From assembly GCF_003722315.1 (NCBI RefSeq), contig NZ_CP033580.1:2645127-2669126 (forward strand): DNA of 24,000 nt. The letters run 5' to 3'. Every line of letters starts with the position of its first letter. Positions within the stretch are counted from its first letter, which is position 1. The position numbers and the translations under genes are program-made. Below the pieces are notes generated by a model. That model worked only from the letters and a program-made list of their open reading frames with translations, was not told where the DNA came from and searched no databases. Below, in pieces: positions 23,918 through 24,000 of this stretch. This DNA is from Thermoanaerobacter ethanolicus JW 200 (lineage in GTDB: Bacteria > Bacillota > Thermoanaerobacteria > Thermoanaerobacterales > Thermoanaerobacteraceae).

Positions 23918-24000
23918 TTATTTTATAACTGTTATAACAGTATCAGGACACATCATAGCGCAAAATGCACAACCTATACATTTGTTCATATTTTCCGGTT
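23918..24000 (-). CDS. 4Fe-4S ferredoxin-type delta subunit of the 2-oxoacid:ferredoxin oxidoreductase (5' end outside window)
   Basis: Not in the ORF track. Reverse-strand translation ends ...PENMNKCIGCAFCAMMCPDTVITVIK* with a CxxCxxCxxxCP cluster motif. The stop codon is at 23920-23918, immediately before the alpha-subunit SD. Confidence 0.8.
   Translation of the reverse strand, partial: PENMNKCIGCAFCAMMCPDTVITVIK

Noticed and set aside
1-24000. CRISPR arrays, tRNA/rRNA genes, IS elements or transposases, integrases, and recognisable defence-system genes
   Set aside because: I looked for spaced direct repeats, cloverleaf-like GC-rich segments, terminal inverted repeats and DDE/tyrosine-recombinase-like ORFs. 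None was found. All long ORFs are accounted for by housekeeping or the small regulatory genes listed.

Overview
AT-rich (by eye), densely packed chromosomal segment that looks like a low-GC, anaerobic, spore-forming Firmicute (Clostridia, Thermoanaerobacter-like gene content); the organism cannot be verified from the sequence alone. I call 28 protein-coding genes (2 cut by the window edges) and one cis-acting RNA, the glmS ribozyme.

Gene order, left to right:
- Minus strand: mazE(partial)-alr-ydcC-like lipoprotein-nnr-acpS. This matches the Bacillus acpS/ydcC/alr/ndoAI neighbourhood.
- A small accessory patch: an orphan 121-aa protein plus two divergent XRE regulators.
- hcp, a DUF503 gene, ytaF-like, and a 1-Cys peroxiredoxin.
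- A PG-binding/LysM/beta-lactamase-fold protein, then ku plus a ligase-only ligD.
- yjbQ and a half-size EamA transporter.
- glmS (with ribozyme), glmM, plsC.
- One long minus-strand 2-oxoacid catabolic cluster: VOR delta/alpha/beta/gamma, ptb, iorA, iorB.

Several ORF-track starts are over-extended (nnr, hcp, glmS, VOR alpha, EamA, small XRE); I re-set them using Shine-Dalgarno (SD) placement. I found no tRNA, rRNA, CRISPR array, transposase or integrase.

I do not see a convincing new multi-gene system; most of the window is housekeeping. The leads worth a second look are non-coding or architectural:
1. The orphan divergent XRE pair, with a perfect 12-bp inverted repeat and a 13-nt element bracketing the module.
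2. A structured, polypyrimidine-containing tract of about 230 nt 3' of glmS.
3. An SD-sequestering 15-bp stem in the ytaF leader.
4. A TGTGA-N6-TCACA site in front of hcp.
5. A beta-lactamase-fold protein that lacks the omega-loop catalytic Glu.

All homology statements are pattern recognition on the translations, not database searches.
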